This document shows positions 9,432 to 19,560 of a stretch of 64,000 nucleotides of DNA, in pieces (the stretch's first letter is position 1; each line of letters starts with the position of its first letter). A model generated the notes under the pieces. The model searched no databases. It saw only the letters and a program-made list of their open reading frames with translations, and was not told the DNA's origin. Source of the DNA: Elusimicrobiota bacterium (GTDB lineage Bacteria > Elusimicrobiota > Elusimicrobia > F11); contig JBGAON010000005.1 of the NCBI GenBank assembly GCA_044221725.1, positions 128,001-192,000 on the forward strand. Direction: 5' to 3'. The translations under genes were made by a program, and so were the position numbers.

Positions 9432-9764
9432 TCACCCCTTCAACAAATCAAAAAGCACGCCAAGCACCGTTTCGGTGTTCCGAATAACTTCGTTATTCCA
9501 AAACCGAACGACGTTAAAACCTTGTGCGGCGAGCCAAGTGGTGCGTCGTTGATCGTATTGCGTTTGTATGGCGTGTTGCCCGCCATCAATTTCGATAATT
9601 AACTTCTTCTCCAGACAGACGAAATCAACAATGTAAACGCCCAATGGGTATTCTCTGCGAAATTTTAATCCGTGGATATTTCTTTTGCGTAAGTGATACC
9701 AGAGTGTTTGCTGGGCTTTTGTGGGATTCTGTCTTAGGTCGCGGGCGAAATCGAAGTGACGCAT
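9432..9764 (-). CDS. DUF559 family (Vsr-like) endonuclease domain protein
   Basis: ARDLRQNPT.A...LW..LR, KFRRE.PLG.YIVDF.C, IIEIDGGQH, DQRRT.WL...GF.V.RFWNNEV. SD AGGAGG upstream. Confidence 0.92.
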   Translation of the reverse strand: MRHFDFARDLRQNPTKAQQTLWYHLRKRNIHGLKFRREYPLGVYIVDFVCLEKKLIIEIDGGQHAIQTQYDQRRTTWLAAQGFNVVRFWNNEVIRNTETVLGVLFDLLKG

Positions 9765-9905
9765 AAAGCCTCCTAGATGTAGGAGGGGGAAGTTTGGAAG
9801 GGGGCAGAGTGTACAGAATGAGGAAGTGGGATTAATAACCCCACCCTACCCTCCCCGTTGATAAGACACGGGGAGGAAAATTTCCGACGCCCTCCCTGTT
9901 TGTTT

Positions 9906-10085
9906 ACCAGGAAATCAAAATCCCTCCCCGATTCGTCCCGGGAACACGAAAAAATCAGCCCCCATTCATAAACCGGGAACGAAAATCCCTCCCCATTCAT
10001 AAACGGGAAACGAAAAACCCTTTTTTCGTAAACCAGGAAATCAAAATCCCTCCCTTTCATACACGGGGAAATGAAATCCCTCCCC
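9906..10085. repeat. About six degenerate ~30-bp tandem repeats
   Basis: Units resembling AACCRGGAAATCAAAATCCCTCCCCATTCATA repeated head-to-tail, merging into the last REP-like copy. Confidence 0.75.
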
Positions 10086-10132
10086 ATGTTTCGTCAATGG
10101 GGAGGGTAGGGTGGGGTATTAATTTTCCTCTT

Positions 10133-11191
10133 TCAGTTCCCGATGAGAATGTCGGTGAGTGCGGAATTGATGCGGGCGCTTTGGGTTTGTTTCCACGCGT
10201 CTTTAAAACTGGCGAGAGCGGCCGGCACGCGGGGGTGATGCGTGGCTTTTAATACGCCGAGTATGGAGAGCACTTCGAGTTCCGTTTCGTCTTTGGCCGG
10301 CGTCTTCGTGAGTTCGGTGAGCCGAACGATTAAATCTTCGATGATGTTGCGGTTGTTGGCGAGTCCGCGTTCGTTGAGGGCGGCGAGCGCGGCGTCGCGA
10401 ATCTTTGGATCGGGGTCGCGGTAAAGTGCTTTCCACGACGAACTGTAATCTTCGTGTAAAGAGACGAGCGCGATGATACGTGGGCCCACCACGCGGTGGA
10501 CTACCGGGTCCGGGTTTTTCATGGCGCGGTCGTAGAAACTCAGCGTCGAGAACGACGGATCGTTGCCGAGCGTGACCGGCGAGAGCTCCATAATAAACTC
10601 CTTGGCGTCCGCGGGCTCAAACACATTGAGGTCGGACTTGCGAATCCAACCGTCTTTGTCCGGGAAGCGTTCGCCGGCGGGCTCCACTTGTTTTGTGGTG
10701 GCCGCCAGATAAAGGTCGAGGCCCGGCTGAACATGCCAGAACGACGGGTTCGCGTCCGGAAACACGCGCACAAAATCGCCGGTCGTTGTTCGGAACAATT
10801 CGGTTTTTGCATTGGGTGCGTCGTAGATCGGCACGTTGTCCCACAGAACCACCCCCATCGGCAGTCCTTCGCGCTTTTTGCGTGAAATTGCTCGCGGTGA
10901 GAGTGCCGGTGCCGAAACCGGAGCGGAAGCGGTGGCATCGACTTCGGTAGGCACTTCCGGAATCGCGAGTGTGCGCTTCGAACTCCAAGGTGCATTTTCA
11001 TTGATAATCGGATTGGTTTGTTTTGGAAGCCTCGTTGATTGTACGACCGGAGCGGAAGTCGAATTTTCCGGACGTTGACCGAAGGTTGCTGGCAGAGGCT
11101 CTATCGTGGACAGTTGCTTCTGTCGCCACTCGTACATAAAGGCCAACGCGAGAAATAACAGCAGCAGGGCGATGGCGGTTCGTTTGCTCAC
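10133..11191 (-). CDS. Membrane-anchored protein with SH3-like and HEAT-like regions
   Basis: N-terminal TM, Pro-rich linker, VPIYDAP...GDFVRV...W..V...GWI (SH3b-like), and DPDPKIRDAALAAL (HEAT-like). Confidence 0.65.
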   Translation of the reverse strand: MSKRTAIALLLLFLALAFMYEWRQKQLSTIEPLPATFGQRPENSTSAPVVQSTRLPKQTNPIINENAPWSSKRTLAIPEVPTEVDATASAPVSAPALSPRAISRKKREGLPMGVVLWDNVPIYDAPNAKTELFRTTTGDFVRVFPDANPSFWHVQPGLDLYLAATTKQVEPAGERFPDKDGWIRKSDLNVFEPADAKEFIMELSPVTLGNDPSFSTLSFYDRAMKNPDPVVHRVVGPRIIALVSLHEDYSSSWKALYRDPDPKIRDAALAALNERGLANNRNIIEDLIVRLTELTKTPAKDETELEVLSILGVLKATHHPRVPAALASFKDAWKQTQSARINSALTDILIGN

Positions 11192-11201
11192 GGACGAAAG
11201 C

Positions 11202-12623
11202 CTAGTAAAGAATTCGAAGCGTTACGTTGTGAGTGAGACCCAGATCTTGGCTCGTTGAGAAGCCGTAATCGAGGCCGATGAGAATGTGGGAATTGGCCGG
11301 CATGGTGGTTGGTTCGGCTTCTCCGCTTTCGCGGGCGCTGCCAAGCGTGTTTCTCTCGTGAAAATCTTCGACGGCAATTTCGGCGTAATCGGTGGCCAGC
11401 ACGTCGCCATCGGCGCGGGCAAGGATCCGGGTGTTGATGGCCAATTTTTCGTCCTTGTGTTCCAGGCTCCCTGTGACCATCAAATCGGAATCAGGAATCT
11501 CGCCATTGGACGATCCCTTTAGGTAACGGAAATTCGGATTGCTTGCGAAATCCTTTTCGAGCATCTTGGAAACATTCACGGCCGCTTTTTCTCTGGAATC
11601 GATGGGCAGCACCGTAATGGTCGGTTTGTCGTTCGTCGCCGCGGTTTTCAGATACTGCGCACTCAATTTTTCCACCGAGTGCGCGACGATTTGCTGCGAC
11701 ATTGCCGACGGCACCGGGTCGTTCGATGCTTTTTTCCTCTTCGGCTGGTCCACGTACGACATTTTTTGCGGACCGCGAAATTGAATGCCGACGCCACCCG
11801 TAAATTCCAAAGCGGTATCGTGAAACGTTCCGCCGCGAAGGAACAACAGCCGGTTCACACTCCACTCAACGCCCGCTGATTTCCGAATCACGCCATCGCG
11901 TGCGCCGGACACGTCCGCTGAAAAAAGCCAGTCAAAATATTGGTAGGCCGCTCCGGCCCGCAGGGCCAGCGGCAAAGGATCTGATTCTTTGTCGAGCGCT
12001 TTGGACGTGCCGGCGTTTTGAACCGCGGCGCCCACGCTCCAGCGGCTGGACAATTTTGCGACCGCGCCCGCATCGAATGCGTAATTGCTCACGGATTTGT
12101 CTTGAATCTTGTTTGAAATCATTTTGCCGGAAACGCCCACGCTCATCCGCGGCGTCACCGGATATGCGAAGCCGAGCGCGAGCAATTGGTCCTTCACGTC
12201 GAATTCGTCTTGCTTCACACCGATGTTGCTGCGGCCAATGTCTTTGGCGCGAAACGCGCGGTACTCAAACCCGACCGACAGTTGATTGGGGCCGAATTCC
12301 GCATCTTCGAGCGGCTGAACCTTTTGGGATTGTCCAAGTGAAATGGGAAATCCAACGAGCGCGGATTGCAGCGTGGTGTCTTCAAGATAATCCAAATAGT
12401 TTGCTTGCAGGTCCGTGCGGCGAATGCCGGCGAGCCCGGCGGGATTGTAATCGAGCGATGCCACGTCGGTTGCGAGCGCGCTATAAGCGCCGGCCATGGC
12501 CGTCGCGCGACCGCTCAAAGGAATTTTTAGGAATGGGGAACTCGTTGTTCCGGCCCCATCCGCCGCGAACAGAACGGTCGGCGACAACAATATAAGGAGC
12601 GACGAGCGCAGTGTCTTCTTCAT
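11202..12623 (-). CDS. PorV/PorQ-family outer-membrane barrel with an inserted CsgG/FlgO-like domain
   Basis: Signal peptide, FLKIPLSGRATAMAGAYSALATD..SLDYNPAGLA, FDAG, VQNAG, DPLP..LRAG, and C-terminal DYGF...DLGLTHNVTL. Confidence 0.8.
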   Translation of the reverse strand: MKKTLRSSLLILLSPTVLFAADGAGTTSSPFLKIPLSGRATAMAGAYSALATDVASLDYNPAGLAGIRRTDLQANYLDYLEDTTLQSALVGFPISLGQSQKVQPLEDAEFGPNQLSVGFEYRAFRAKDIGRSNIGVKQDEFDVKDQLLALGFAYPVTPRMSVGVSGKMISNKIQDKSVSNYAFDAGAVAKLSSRWSVGAAVQNAGTSKALDKESDPLPLALRAGAAYQYFDWLFSADVSGARDGVIRKSAGVEWSVNRLLFLRGGTFHDTALEFTGGVGIQFRGPQKMSYVDQPKRKKASNDPVPSAMSQQIVAHSVEKLSAQYLKTAATNDKPTITVLPIDSREKAAVNVSKMLEKDFASNPNFRYLKGSSNGEIPDSDLMVTGSLEHKDEKLAINTRILARADGDVLATDYAEIAVEDFHERNTLGSARESGEAEPTTMPANSHILIGLDYGFSTSQDLGLTHNVTLRILY

Positions 12624-14224
12624 TTAATAATCGACACTTTTCCCTTCGCGTCGCCGGCCGCGGTTTTCACATAAAAGAAATAGAGGCCGGAAGCGACAAG
12701 CTTACCGTCTTCGTTCTTGCCGTCCCACGTCGTGGTTCTGGACAGCGTTCGCACGCGTTCGCCAGCAACCGTGAATATTTTGATTTCGATATCTTGGCTG
12801 CCCAGCGCATTGGACAGCGAAAAAGTCACCGTGTCGCCGGCCGCAATGTGGGCCGGGTTCGGGTAGGGGAACGTTTCGCTCGGTGTCGCGACCGATGGAG
12901 GAATAATGCCGGTTTGAGCCGCCTGCAGCGCGCGCTTCGCGTTGAGAAGTCCAAAACCGTAGCCATTATCAAACCCACTCGTGCCAAGATCGGTGGCCGT
13001 AAAGTCAATGTAGCGCGTCACGTCGGCCACCGTTGAGGTGGGCGCAATCGACCGGATGAGCGCGGCCACGCCGGACACAATCGGTGTTGCGAACGATGTG
13101 CCATCGCCGCCCGAGGCGCTCGTCGTGTTCGGAGGAATCGTCGACAAAATTCCAGTTCCGGGCGCTACCAAATCCAATTTCGAGCCCGTGTTCGAGAAAT
13201 ACGCCAACGAGTTGGACGCGTTCGTTGCGCCAACGGCGATCACAGAGTCGATTGAGGCAGGAAAGTCGACCGAAGACGAATTGCCGTCGTTACCGGCGGC
13301 TGCTACGACCACCACGTTGTGCGCGATCGCGTAGTTCACGGCGGATGTCACCGCCGCGGATGTTCCCGGCCCGCCAAGACTCATGTTAATGACATTGGCG
13401 CCGTGATCAACCGCGTACACGATCCCTTCGGCGATCGCCGCGTACGAACCGACGCCATGATCGTTCAGCGCCTTAACGCCCATAAGTTGGCAGTTGCGGC
13501 ACACGCCGGCCATGCTCGACGCGTTGTTCGTCACCGCGCCGACGATTCCTGAAACGCGCGTTCCGTGATATTCGTTTGTGGTGATCTCGGAGCACGACGC
13601 GTCAAAACCATATTGGTTGTCGTCGGTCGGATCGGAACCCGCGCATTGTTCGGCCCCAAGGCACGAGGCGATCGGCGGGTCCGTGCAGGCGCCATTTTCA
13701 TCCCAATCGAGTTCAATGCGGGTTCCGTGCAGCCCGGAATTTCCGCTGGGGCTGGGGTTCACCCACAAGTTGCTCGCCAAATCCGGATGCGTGAGCGTGA
13801 CGCCGGTGTCGATGATAGCCACAACAATGGTCGCCGAGCCGGTGCTGATATCCCACGCGGATTCCACGTCGGTATAGCCGGAGTGCAAATAATATTGGTT
13901 CGTGTATTGCGGATCGTTTGGCACATCAAGAGCTCGCAGAATGCCGTTGGGTTCAGCGAATTCGATATCCGGATTCTGTTTCAACTCATTAAGGAAAGTG
14001 TCGACAGTTTTGCTGGCGGGGATTTTGACCACGTCCACATCGATGCGCGGTACGGATTTTGAGCGGACCGCGCCCAGAGACGAAAGAACAGCCCGTTTTT
14101 CATTGGCGGTGCGGTTGGATTTGTATTTAACGAGAACTTGGTGTGGAACGAATTCGGCGGAGGCGATGGCGCAAGACAGGAGGGTGGCTAGAAAAAGTTT
14201 GAAATGTCGATGATGTCGGGGCAC
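12620..14224 (-). CDS. S8 (subtilisin-like) serine peptidase with C-terminal FlgD-Ig / T9SS-CTD-like domain
   Basis: Triad motifs IIDTG, HGTRVSG and GTSFATP, oxyanion AAGN, and tail YPNP...IKIFTVAGERVRTL...WDGKN..G..VASGLYF. Confidence 0.93.
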   Translation of the reverse strand: MPRHHRHFKLFLATLLSCAIASAEFVPHQVLVKYKSNRTANEKRAVLSSLGAVRSKSVPRIDVDVVKIPASKTVDTFLNELKQNPDIEFAEPNGILRALDVPNDPQYTNQYYLHSGYTDVESAWDISTGSATIVVAIIDTGVTLTHPDLASNLWVNPSPSGNSGLHGTRIELDWDENGACTDPPIASCLGAEQCAGSDPTDDNQYGFDASCSEITTNEYHGTRVSGIVGAVTNNASSMAGVCRNCQLMGVKALNDHGVGSYAAIAEGIVYAVDHGANVINMSLGGPGTSAAVTSAVNYAIAHNVVVVAAAGNDGNSSSVDFPASIDSVIAVGATNASNSLAYFSNTGSKLDLVAPGTGILSTIPPNTTSASGGDGTSFATPIVSGVAALIRSIAPTSTVADVTRYIDFTATDLGTSGFDNGYGFGLLNAKRALQAAQTGIIPPSVATPSETFPYPNPAHIAAGDTVTFSLSNALGSQDIEIKIFTVAGERVRTLSRTTTWDGKNEDGKLVASGLYFFYVKTAAGDAKGKVSIIK

Positions 14225-15538
14225 CTAAACTCCATTTTTCATTGTGACTTGTTTCTGTTGGTTGGCGGGTTGCGCGTGTAACCGCGCCATCGCTTCATCC
14301 CGCACACGAAAGAAGTCCGGTAAATTTTCTTTTGAAACCGATGCGGACGCCGGAAAACTCATGCGCAAAAAATTCTGCTGCACGCCATCCACCAACATTT
14401 CGAAGTGTAGATGAGGACCGGTGGATAATCCAGTGTTGCCAACTCTTCCTATATATTGGCCTTGGGCAATTTGCTGATTGCGGTGCACCGCAATTTTTGA
14501 CAAATGCCCGTAGCGCGACGTGTAACGCTGATTGTGGCGTATGTCGATGCAATTGCCGTACCCTTTGTACCACTCCGCGCGAACGACGGTTCCGTTTCCG
14601 ATCGCCGACACCGGCGTGCCGACCGATGCGGCGTAATCGGTTCCATGATGCGGCCGGTAAATCCGGAGAATCGGATGAAAGCGATGCGGATTAAAGCCGG
14701 ACGACACGCGGAACGCGCCTTTGGTGAACGGCGCGCGCAAGAAGGCGCGCTTCATCGCTTTGCCTTCGGGATCATAAAAGTCTGCATGTTTGGCGTCCGC
14801 GCTCTGGTAGCGGATCGCATAGTTTTCCTTGTTCTTTGTCCCCGAACCTGTGTACGAAGCAACGATCACGCGCATGTGTTGGCCGCCCCCGATCGGATGG
14901 TCTTCGCCAATCATGTACTCTTCTTCCAGTAGCACATCCAGTTTGTCGCCTTTGCGTTGTTCCGTAAAGAAGTCGATGCGCCATCCAAAAATATTTTCAC
15001 CGAGCTCAAAGGTGAGATTGTCAATAAGTCGCGTATCGTAACCGGCTTGACGCAAGTCGTACTCGAGAAATTTTGTGACTTCCACGTTAACGCGTTTTTC
15101 TATCCAAACAGTTTTCTCAAAGTTTTCGGCGGCGCTGTACACGTCGGCGCTGCTTCGCGTGACAACATACGCGTGAACAGGGAAATCTTTCCAATAAGTA
15201 AATTTTTGGAACACGCCTGAAGTCGAGGTAACAATCTCGAAGCGCTGCAGGGATTGGATACTTTCCGGTTTCATAAGAGGCCGAATTGATTTCTGGATCG
15301 GGCCCACGTATTTTGAATCCAGGCCCTTGCGTGCCAACATGACACCAAACACGTCCCCGTTTTGAACGGTGCCGGTGGTGATAATGACCGGTGGCGGGGC
15401 GGGAGTGAAAAGCTTCGTTGGGCCGCTGCGGCTCACAAAAATAAGCAGAATCGTAACGAGCGCAACAACTCCGATGGCCGCGATGGTACGCGCACGCGCG
15501 CGCCGCTCTTCGCGAGAGGGAAATGACGATGGTTCCAT
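14225..15538 (-). CDS. M23 family peptidoglycan DD-metalloendopeptidase (MepM/Csd3-like)
   Basis: N-terminal TM, RFHPIL...HHGTDYA, GYGN, YGHL, STGPHLHFE. ATG 15538 is preferred over TTG 15565 because an extended -10 (TGTTATAAT) lies just upstream. Confidence 0.92.
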   Translation of the reverse strand: MEPSSFPSREERRARARTIAAIGVVALVTILLIFVSRSGPTKLFTPAPPPVIITTGTVQNGDVFGVMLARKGLDSKYVGPIQKSIRPLMKPESIQSLQRFEIVTSTSGVFQKFTYWKDFPVHAYVVTRSSADVYSAAENFEKTVWIEKRVNVEVTKFLEYDLRQAGYDTRLIDNLTFELGENIFGWRIDFFTEQRKGDKLDVLLEEEYMIGEDHPIGGGQHMRVIVASYTGSGTKNKENYAIRYQSADAKHADFYDPEGKAMKRAFLRAPFTKGAFRVSSGFNPHRFHPILRIYRPHHGTDYAASVGTPVSAIGNGTVVRAEWYKGYGNCIDIRHNQRYTSRYGHLSKIAVHRNQQIAQGQYIGRVGNTGLSTGPHLHFEMLVDGVQQNFLRMSFPASASVSKENLPDFFRVRDEAMARLHAQPANQQKQVTMKNGV

Positions 15539-15640
15539 GCTGTTTCGATTATAACACAGCGCCAAAAATAATTTTTTGCGCGGTATTCACAACTTGATTT
15601 TCCGTCGGAAATTGTAAAATTTCCCTATGATCGTGTCGGT

Positions 15641-15695
15641 TTGACACAAAACAATATGTTGTAGTAGAAAGCCACTCTGCCCCAACGGGCGGTAG
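15641..15695 (+). promoter_or_regulatory. nrdJ promoter with NrdR box
   Basis: TTGACA at 15641-15646. AAACAATATGTTGTAG (15649-15664) fits the NrdR consensus acaCwAtATaTwGtg. A weak second box lies 31 bp later (15680-15695). Confidence 0.65.
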
Positions 15696-15712
15696 TGTTC
15701 AAATTTTAAGAG

Positions 15713-18700
15713 GTGAGTTCCCCTATGCCGACTCCATCCCTAGCCAAACCCAGCAAAATCAAAAAAGGTCTTAAGATTGCACCACGGTTCTGTCCAACCG
15801 GTGTTGATCCGTTCGATGTCATTGAATGGGAGCAACGCAGTTCGATTATTTCGAACCCGGACGGCTCTGTTGTATTCAAAATGGAGAACGCGCGTATTCC
15901 GCGCGGCTGGTCGCAAGTGGCGACCGACATTTTGGCGCAAAAATATTTCCGCCGTGCCGGCGTTCCGGTCGCTTTGAAGAAAGTTGCCGAATCCGATGTT
16001 CCCGAGTGGTTGCAGCGTTCGGTTCCGGATACGGCCGAACTGTCCAAGCTTCCCGAAAGCCAACGCTTCACCGGTGAATCGGACGCCGCGCAGGTGTTCA
16101 ACCGGTTGGCCGGATGCTGGACCTATTGGGGCTACAAATACGGCTATTTCGCGTCCGAAGAGGATGCTCGCTCCTATTATAATGAGATGGTGGTGATGTT
16201 GGCCCGCCAAGTCGCCGCTCCGAATTCCCCGCAGTGGTTTAACACCGGTCTCAATTGGGCCTACGGAATTGAAGGACCGGCCCAAGGTCATTATTTCGTC
16301 GACCCGGCCACGAGCCACATGCTTCGTTCGACGAATGCTTACGAACATCCGCAGCCACACGCATGCTTTATCCAATCGGTCTCCGACGATTTGGTGAACG
16401 AAGGTGGCATCATGGATCTGTGGGTGCGCGAGGCGCGCATCTTTAAGTACGGTTCCGGCACCGGTTCGAATTTTTCGTCGATCCGTGGTGTGGGGGAGCC
16501 GCTAAGCGGCGGAGGAAAGTCCTCGGGCCTAATGTCGTTCTTGCGTATTGGTGACCGTGCGGCGGGCGCCATCAAATCCGGCGGCACCACGCGGCGCGCC
16601 GCAAAAATGGTGACGCTCGACGTCGACCACCCGGATGTCGAGGAATATATTAATTGGAAGGTCGTTGAAGAGCAGAAGGTTGCCGCGCTCGTGACCGGTT
16701 CCAAGCTCTGCGAAAAACATCTAAACGAAATCATCAAAGCCGCGCACGCGTGGCCCGAAGGGAAAGAGAAATTTGACCGCAAAAAGAATACGCGGCTTTC
16801 CGCCGCCATCCGCGCCGCGGCGGGTGCCTGCGTACCTGCCAATTATGTGGAGCGCGCGCTGCAGCTGGCGCAACAGGGTGTGACCGGCATCAAATTCCCG
16901 GTGTACAACACCGACTGGAACTCCGATGCGTACGTGACCGTGTCCGGACAGAATTCGAACAACTCGCTGCGCGTGACGAACGCCTTCATGGAAGCCGTGG
17001 AAAAAGGCGGCGAGTGGCAGCTCGTGTGGCGCACCGAAAAAGCGAAAGCCGCCCGCGAAGGCCGCGAGCCGAACCCGTGCAAAACAGTGGACGCCCGCGA
17101 ACTGTGGGAACAAATCACTTACGCGGCCTGGGGCTGCGCTGATCCGGGTCTTCAGTACGACACAACGATCAACGAATGGCACACCTGTCCCGAAGATGGT
17201 CGCATTAACGCGTCCAACCCTTGCAGCGAATACATGTTCTTGGACGACACCGCCTGCAACTTGGCGTCGCTCAATCTCATGAAATTCCACGACGAGACCA
17301 CGGGCCAGTTCAATATTGAACTTTATCGCCACGCCAACCGGTTGTGGACGATCACGCTCGAGATCAGTGTGCTCATGGCGCAGTTCCCGAGCGAAGCGAT
17401 CGCCCAAAAGTCGTACGACTTCCGCACATTGGGCCTTGGTTACGCAAACTTGGGCGCGTACTTGATGGTGAACGGCATTCCATACGACTCGAAACAGGCG
17501 CTTGCCATTTGCGGTGCGCTCACAGCGATCATGCACTGCGTGGCCTATGCCACCTCCGCGGAAATGGCGCAAGTAAAAGGTCCGTTCCCACGTTACTTTG
17601 CCAATCGCGAGGCGATGCTCAAAGTTATCCGCAACCATCGTCGCGCCGCTTACAACGTGCCTCAGGAAGAGTATGAAGGCTTGACCGTTAAACCGATGCC
17701 GATTGATCCGGCGAATTGCCCAGCGGACATGTTAAAAGCCGCTCGCGAAGATGCCGATCAAATGCTCGCGCTCGGTGAGCTGTACGGTTATCGGAACGCG
17801 CAGGTGACGGTTATTGCTCCGACCGGCACCATCGGTCTTGTAATGGACTGCGACACCACCGGCATCGAGCCAGACTTCGCTCTCGTGAAATTTAAAAAGC
17901 TCGCGGGCGGTGGATATTTCAAAATTATTAATAGCTCCATTCCGCCGGCGCTTCGCAAACTCGGTTACACCACGCCACAGATTGAAGCGATTGTTCAATA
18001 TTGCCGTGGCGCCGGTTCCATTAAAGGCGCGCCGCACATCAATCCGGAATCGCTGAAAGCAAAGGGATTCACGGACGAGGTTCTCAAGAAAATTGACGAC
18101 TCTCTGCCGCAGGCGTTCGACATTAACTTCGTGTTCAACAAATTCTCCCTCGGCGAGGAATTCTGCACGAAGACGCTTGGTATTTCCGAGGCGCAGCTCA
18201 ACGATTGGACATTCAACATGCTCAAGTTCTTGGGCTTCACCGGCGAACAAATTGCCGAAGCGAACGCCTATGTGTGCGGCACGATGATGCTGGAAGGTGC
18301 GCCGCACTTGAAAGAGGAGCATTTGGCTGTGTTCGATTGCGCGAACAAGTGCGGAACGAAAGGCAAACGCTTCATTGCTCCGCTCGCGCACATTGGAATG
18401 ATGGGCGCCGCGCAACCGTTTATCTCGGGTGCGATCTCAAAGACAATTAATTTTCCAGCCGAGGCGACGATCGACGACATCAAAGACGCGTACATGAAGT
18501 CGTGGCGTTACATGATCAAAGCGAACGCGCTGTACCGCGACGGTTCGAAACTCAGCCAGCCGCTGAACACCGCATCGGATTCGCAAGACGACGGTGCGGC
18601 CGCGCAAGAGCCGGTAGCATCCACGCCTCTGCAAATGGCCGAAAAGATTGTTCATCGCTACATTGCGAAACGCCGCCGGCTTCCGGATCGTCGTGCGGGC

Positions 18701-19492
18701 TACACACAGAAAGCAAAAATTGGCGGCCACACGGTTTATATTCGCACCGGCGAATACGAGGGTGGCGAGCTCGGCGAACTGTTCCTCGATATGCACAAGG
18801 AAGGTGCCGCGTTCCGCAGCCTCATGAACTGTTTCGCGATCGCGGTTTCGCTCGGTCTTCAACACGGCGTTCCGCTCGAAGAATTCGTCGAAGCCTTTGT
18901 GTTCACGCGGTTCGAACCGAACGGCATGGTGAACGGCAACCCGCGCATCAAAATGTCCACGTCGATTATCGATTACATCTTCCGCGAACTCGCGATCACG
19001 TACTTGGATCGCCAAGACCTGGCGCAGGTTCAACTCGAAGACATTCGCGTCGATTCCGTCACGAAAGGTGTGGAGTTTGAATCCGAAGAAGTAATGTTCG
19101 AACGCGTGGTTCCGTTCCGCGAACCGTCGCCGTTTAAATTCACAACGCCGCGCTCGGGTCACGTTGAAAACGACAACGTCGAGAAACTCGATATTTCAAA
19201 ACCGAAGTCCGACGAGCCGGTGCCAACAACGCCGCGCTTGGGCACCGTCGCTGCCACCGCCTCACCGGTGGTCAAAGAAGGAACAACGGTCGCCGGATTT
19301 GTGGCCTCGGTCCCGGTGCAGTTGTCGTCCGCGGCGCGCCCCGGCAAATCCGACTCCGCCCGCCGCATGCACGAAGCGAAGCTCAAAGGCTACGAAGGCG
19401 ACCCCTGCCGCGAATGCGGTCAGTTCACAATGGTGCGAAACGGCACGTGCCTCAAATGCAACACCTGCGGCGCCACCTCCGGCTGCTCGTAA
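15713..19492 (+). CDS. nrdJ: Vitamin B12-dependent (class II) ribonucleotide reductase with TSCPD domain and C-terminal zinc ribbon
   Basis: [62 protein letters not shown], and C-terminal CRECG...CLKCNTCG...GCS. True start may be ATG 15725 (SD GAGGTG). Confidence 0.96.
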   Translation: MSSPMPTPSLAKPSKIKKGLKIAPRFCPTGVDPFDVIEWEQRSSIISNPDGSVVFKMENARIPRGWSQVATDILAQKYFRRAGVPVALKKVAESDVPEWLQRSVPDTAELSKLPESQRFTGESDAAQVFNRLAGCWTYWGYKYGYFASEEDARSYYNEMVVMLARQVAAPNSPQWFNTGLNWAYGIEGPAQGHYFVDPATSHMLRSTNAYEHPQPHACFIQSVSDDLVNEGGIMDLWVREARIFKYGSGTGSNFSSIRGVGEPLSGGGKSSGLMSFLRIGDRAAGAIKSGGTTRRAAKMVTLDVDHPDVEEYINWKVVEEQKVAALVTGSKLCEKHLNEIIKAAHAWPEGKEKFDRKKNTRLSAAIRAAAGACVPANYVERALQLAQQGVTGIKFPVYNTDWNSDAYVTVSGQNSNNSLRVTNAFMEAVEKGGEWQLVWRTEKAKAAREGREPNPCKTVDARELWEQITYAAWGCADPGLQYDTTINEWHTCPEDGRINASNPCSEYMFLDDTACNLASLNLMKFHDETTGQFNIELYRHANRLWTITLEISVLMAQFPSEAIAQKSYDFRTLGLGYANLGAYLMVNGIPYDSKQALAICGALTAIMHCVAYATSAEMAQVKGPFPRYFANREAMLKVIRNHRRAAYNVPQEEYEGLTVKPMPIDPANCPADMLKAAREDADQMLALGELYGYRNAQVTVIAPTGTIGLVMDCDTTGIEPDFALVKFKKLAGGGYFKIINSSIPPALRKLGYTTPQIEAIVQYCRGAGSIKGAPHINPESLKAKGFTDEVLKKIDDSLPQAFDINFVFNKFSLGEEFCTKTLGISEAQLNDWTFNMLKFLGFTGEQIAEANAYVCGTMMLEGAPHLKEEHLAVFDCANKCGTKGKRFIAPLAHIGMMGAAQPFISGAISKTINFPAEATIDDIKDAYMKSWRYMIKANALYRDGSKLSQPLNTASDSQDDGAAAQEPVASTPLQMAEKIVHRYIAKRRRLPDRRAGYTQKAKIGGHTVYIRTGEYEGGELGELFLDMHKEGAAFRSLMNCFAIAVSLGLQHGVPLEEFVEAFVFTRFEPNGMVNGNPRIKMSTSIIDYIFRELAITYLDRQDLAQVQLEDIRVDSVTKGVEFESEEVMFERVVPFREPSPFKFTTPRSGHVENDNVEKLDISKPKSDEPVPTTPRLGTVAATASPVVKEGTTVAGFVASVPVQLSSAARPGKSDSARRMHEAKLKGYEGDPCRECGQFTMVRNGTCLKCNTCGATSGCS

Positions 19493-19520
19493 GTTAGACC
19501 GGTCTTCAATCTTAAAAGAC

Positions 19521-19560
19521 AACGCCCTCCGCATGGGTTCATGCGGAGGGCGTTTTGTTT
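19521..19560 (+). terminator. Rho-independent terminator after nrdJ
   Basis: 15-bp stem AACGCCCTCCGCATG / CATGCGGAGGGCGTT, 4-nt loop, T-rich tail. Confidence 0.9.

Larger units (their letters stand above)
9046..10130. mobile_element. DUF559 endonuclease locus embedded in five REP-like palindromic repeats
   Basis: About 45-bp units, consensus CCCTCCCC-N~13-GGGGAGGG-(T/G)AGGGTGGGG-yATTAA, at 9046-9091, 9299-9343 (inverted), 9386-9430, 9832-9877 (inverted) and 10077-10122. Outer copies extend as a ~54-bp direct repeat ending TAATTTTCCTC. Mobility is inferred. Confidence 0.6.

Noticed and set aside
9046..10130. CRISPR array
   Set aside because: Repeats alternate in orientation, are irregularly spaced, flank a gene and lack unique equal-length spacers. 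No cas genes were seen.
15540..15720. Cobalamin riboswitch upstream of nrdJ
   Set aside because: The intergenic region is short and occupied by divergent promoters and an NrdR box. No B12-box was recognised.
15713..19492. Intein in NrdJ
   Set aside because: No C...HN splice junctions or LAGLIDADG motifs. The length is explained by the known insertion-containing NrdJ type plus TSCPD and zinc ribbon.
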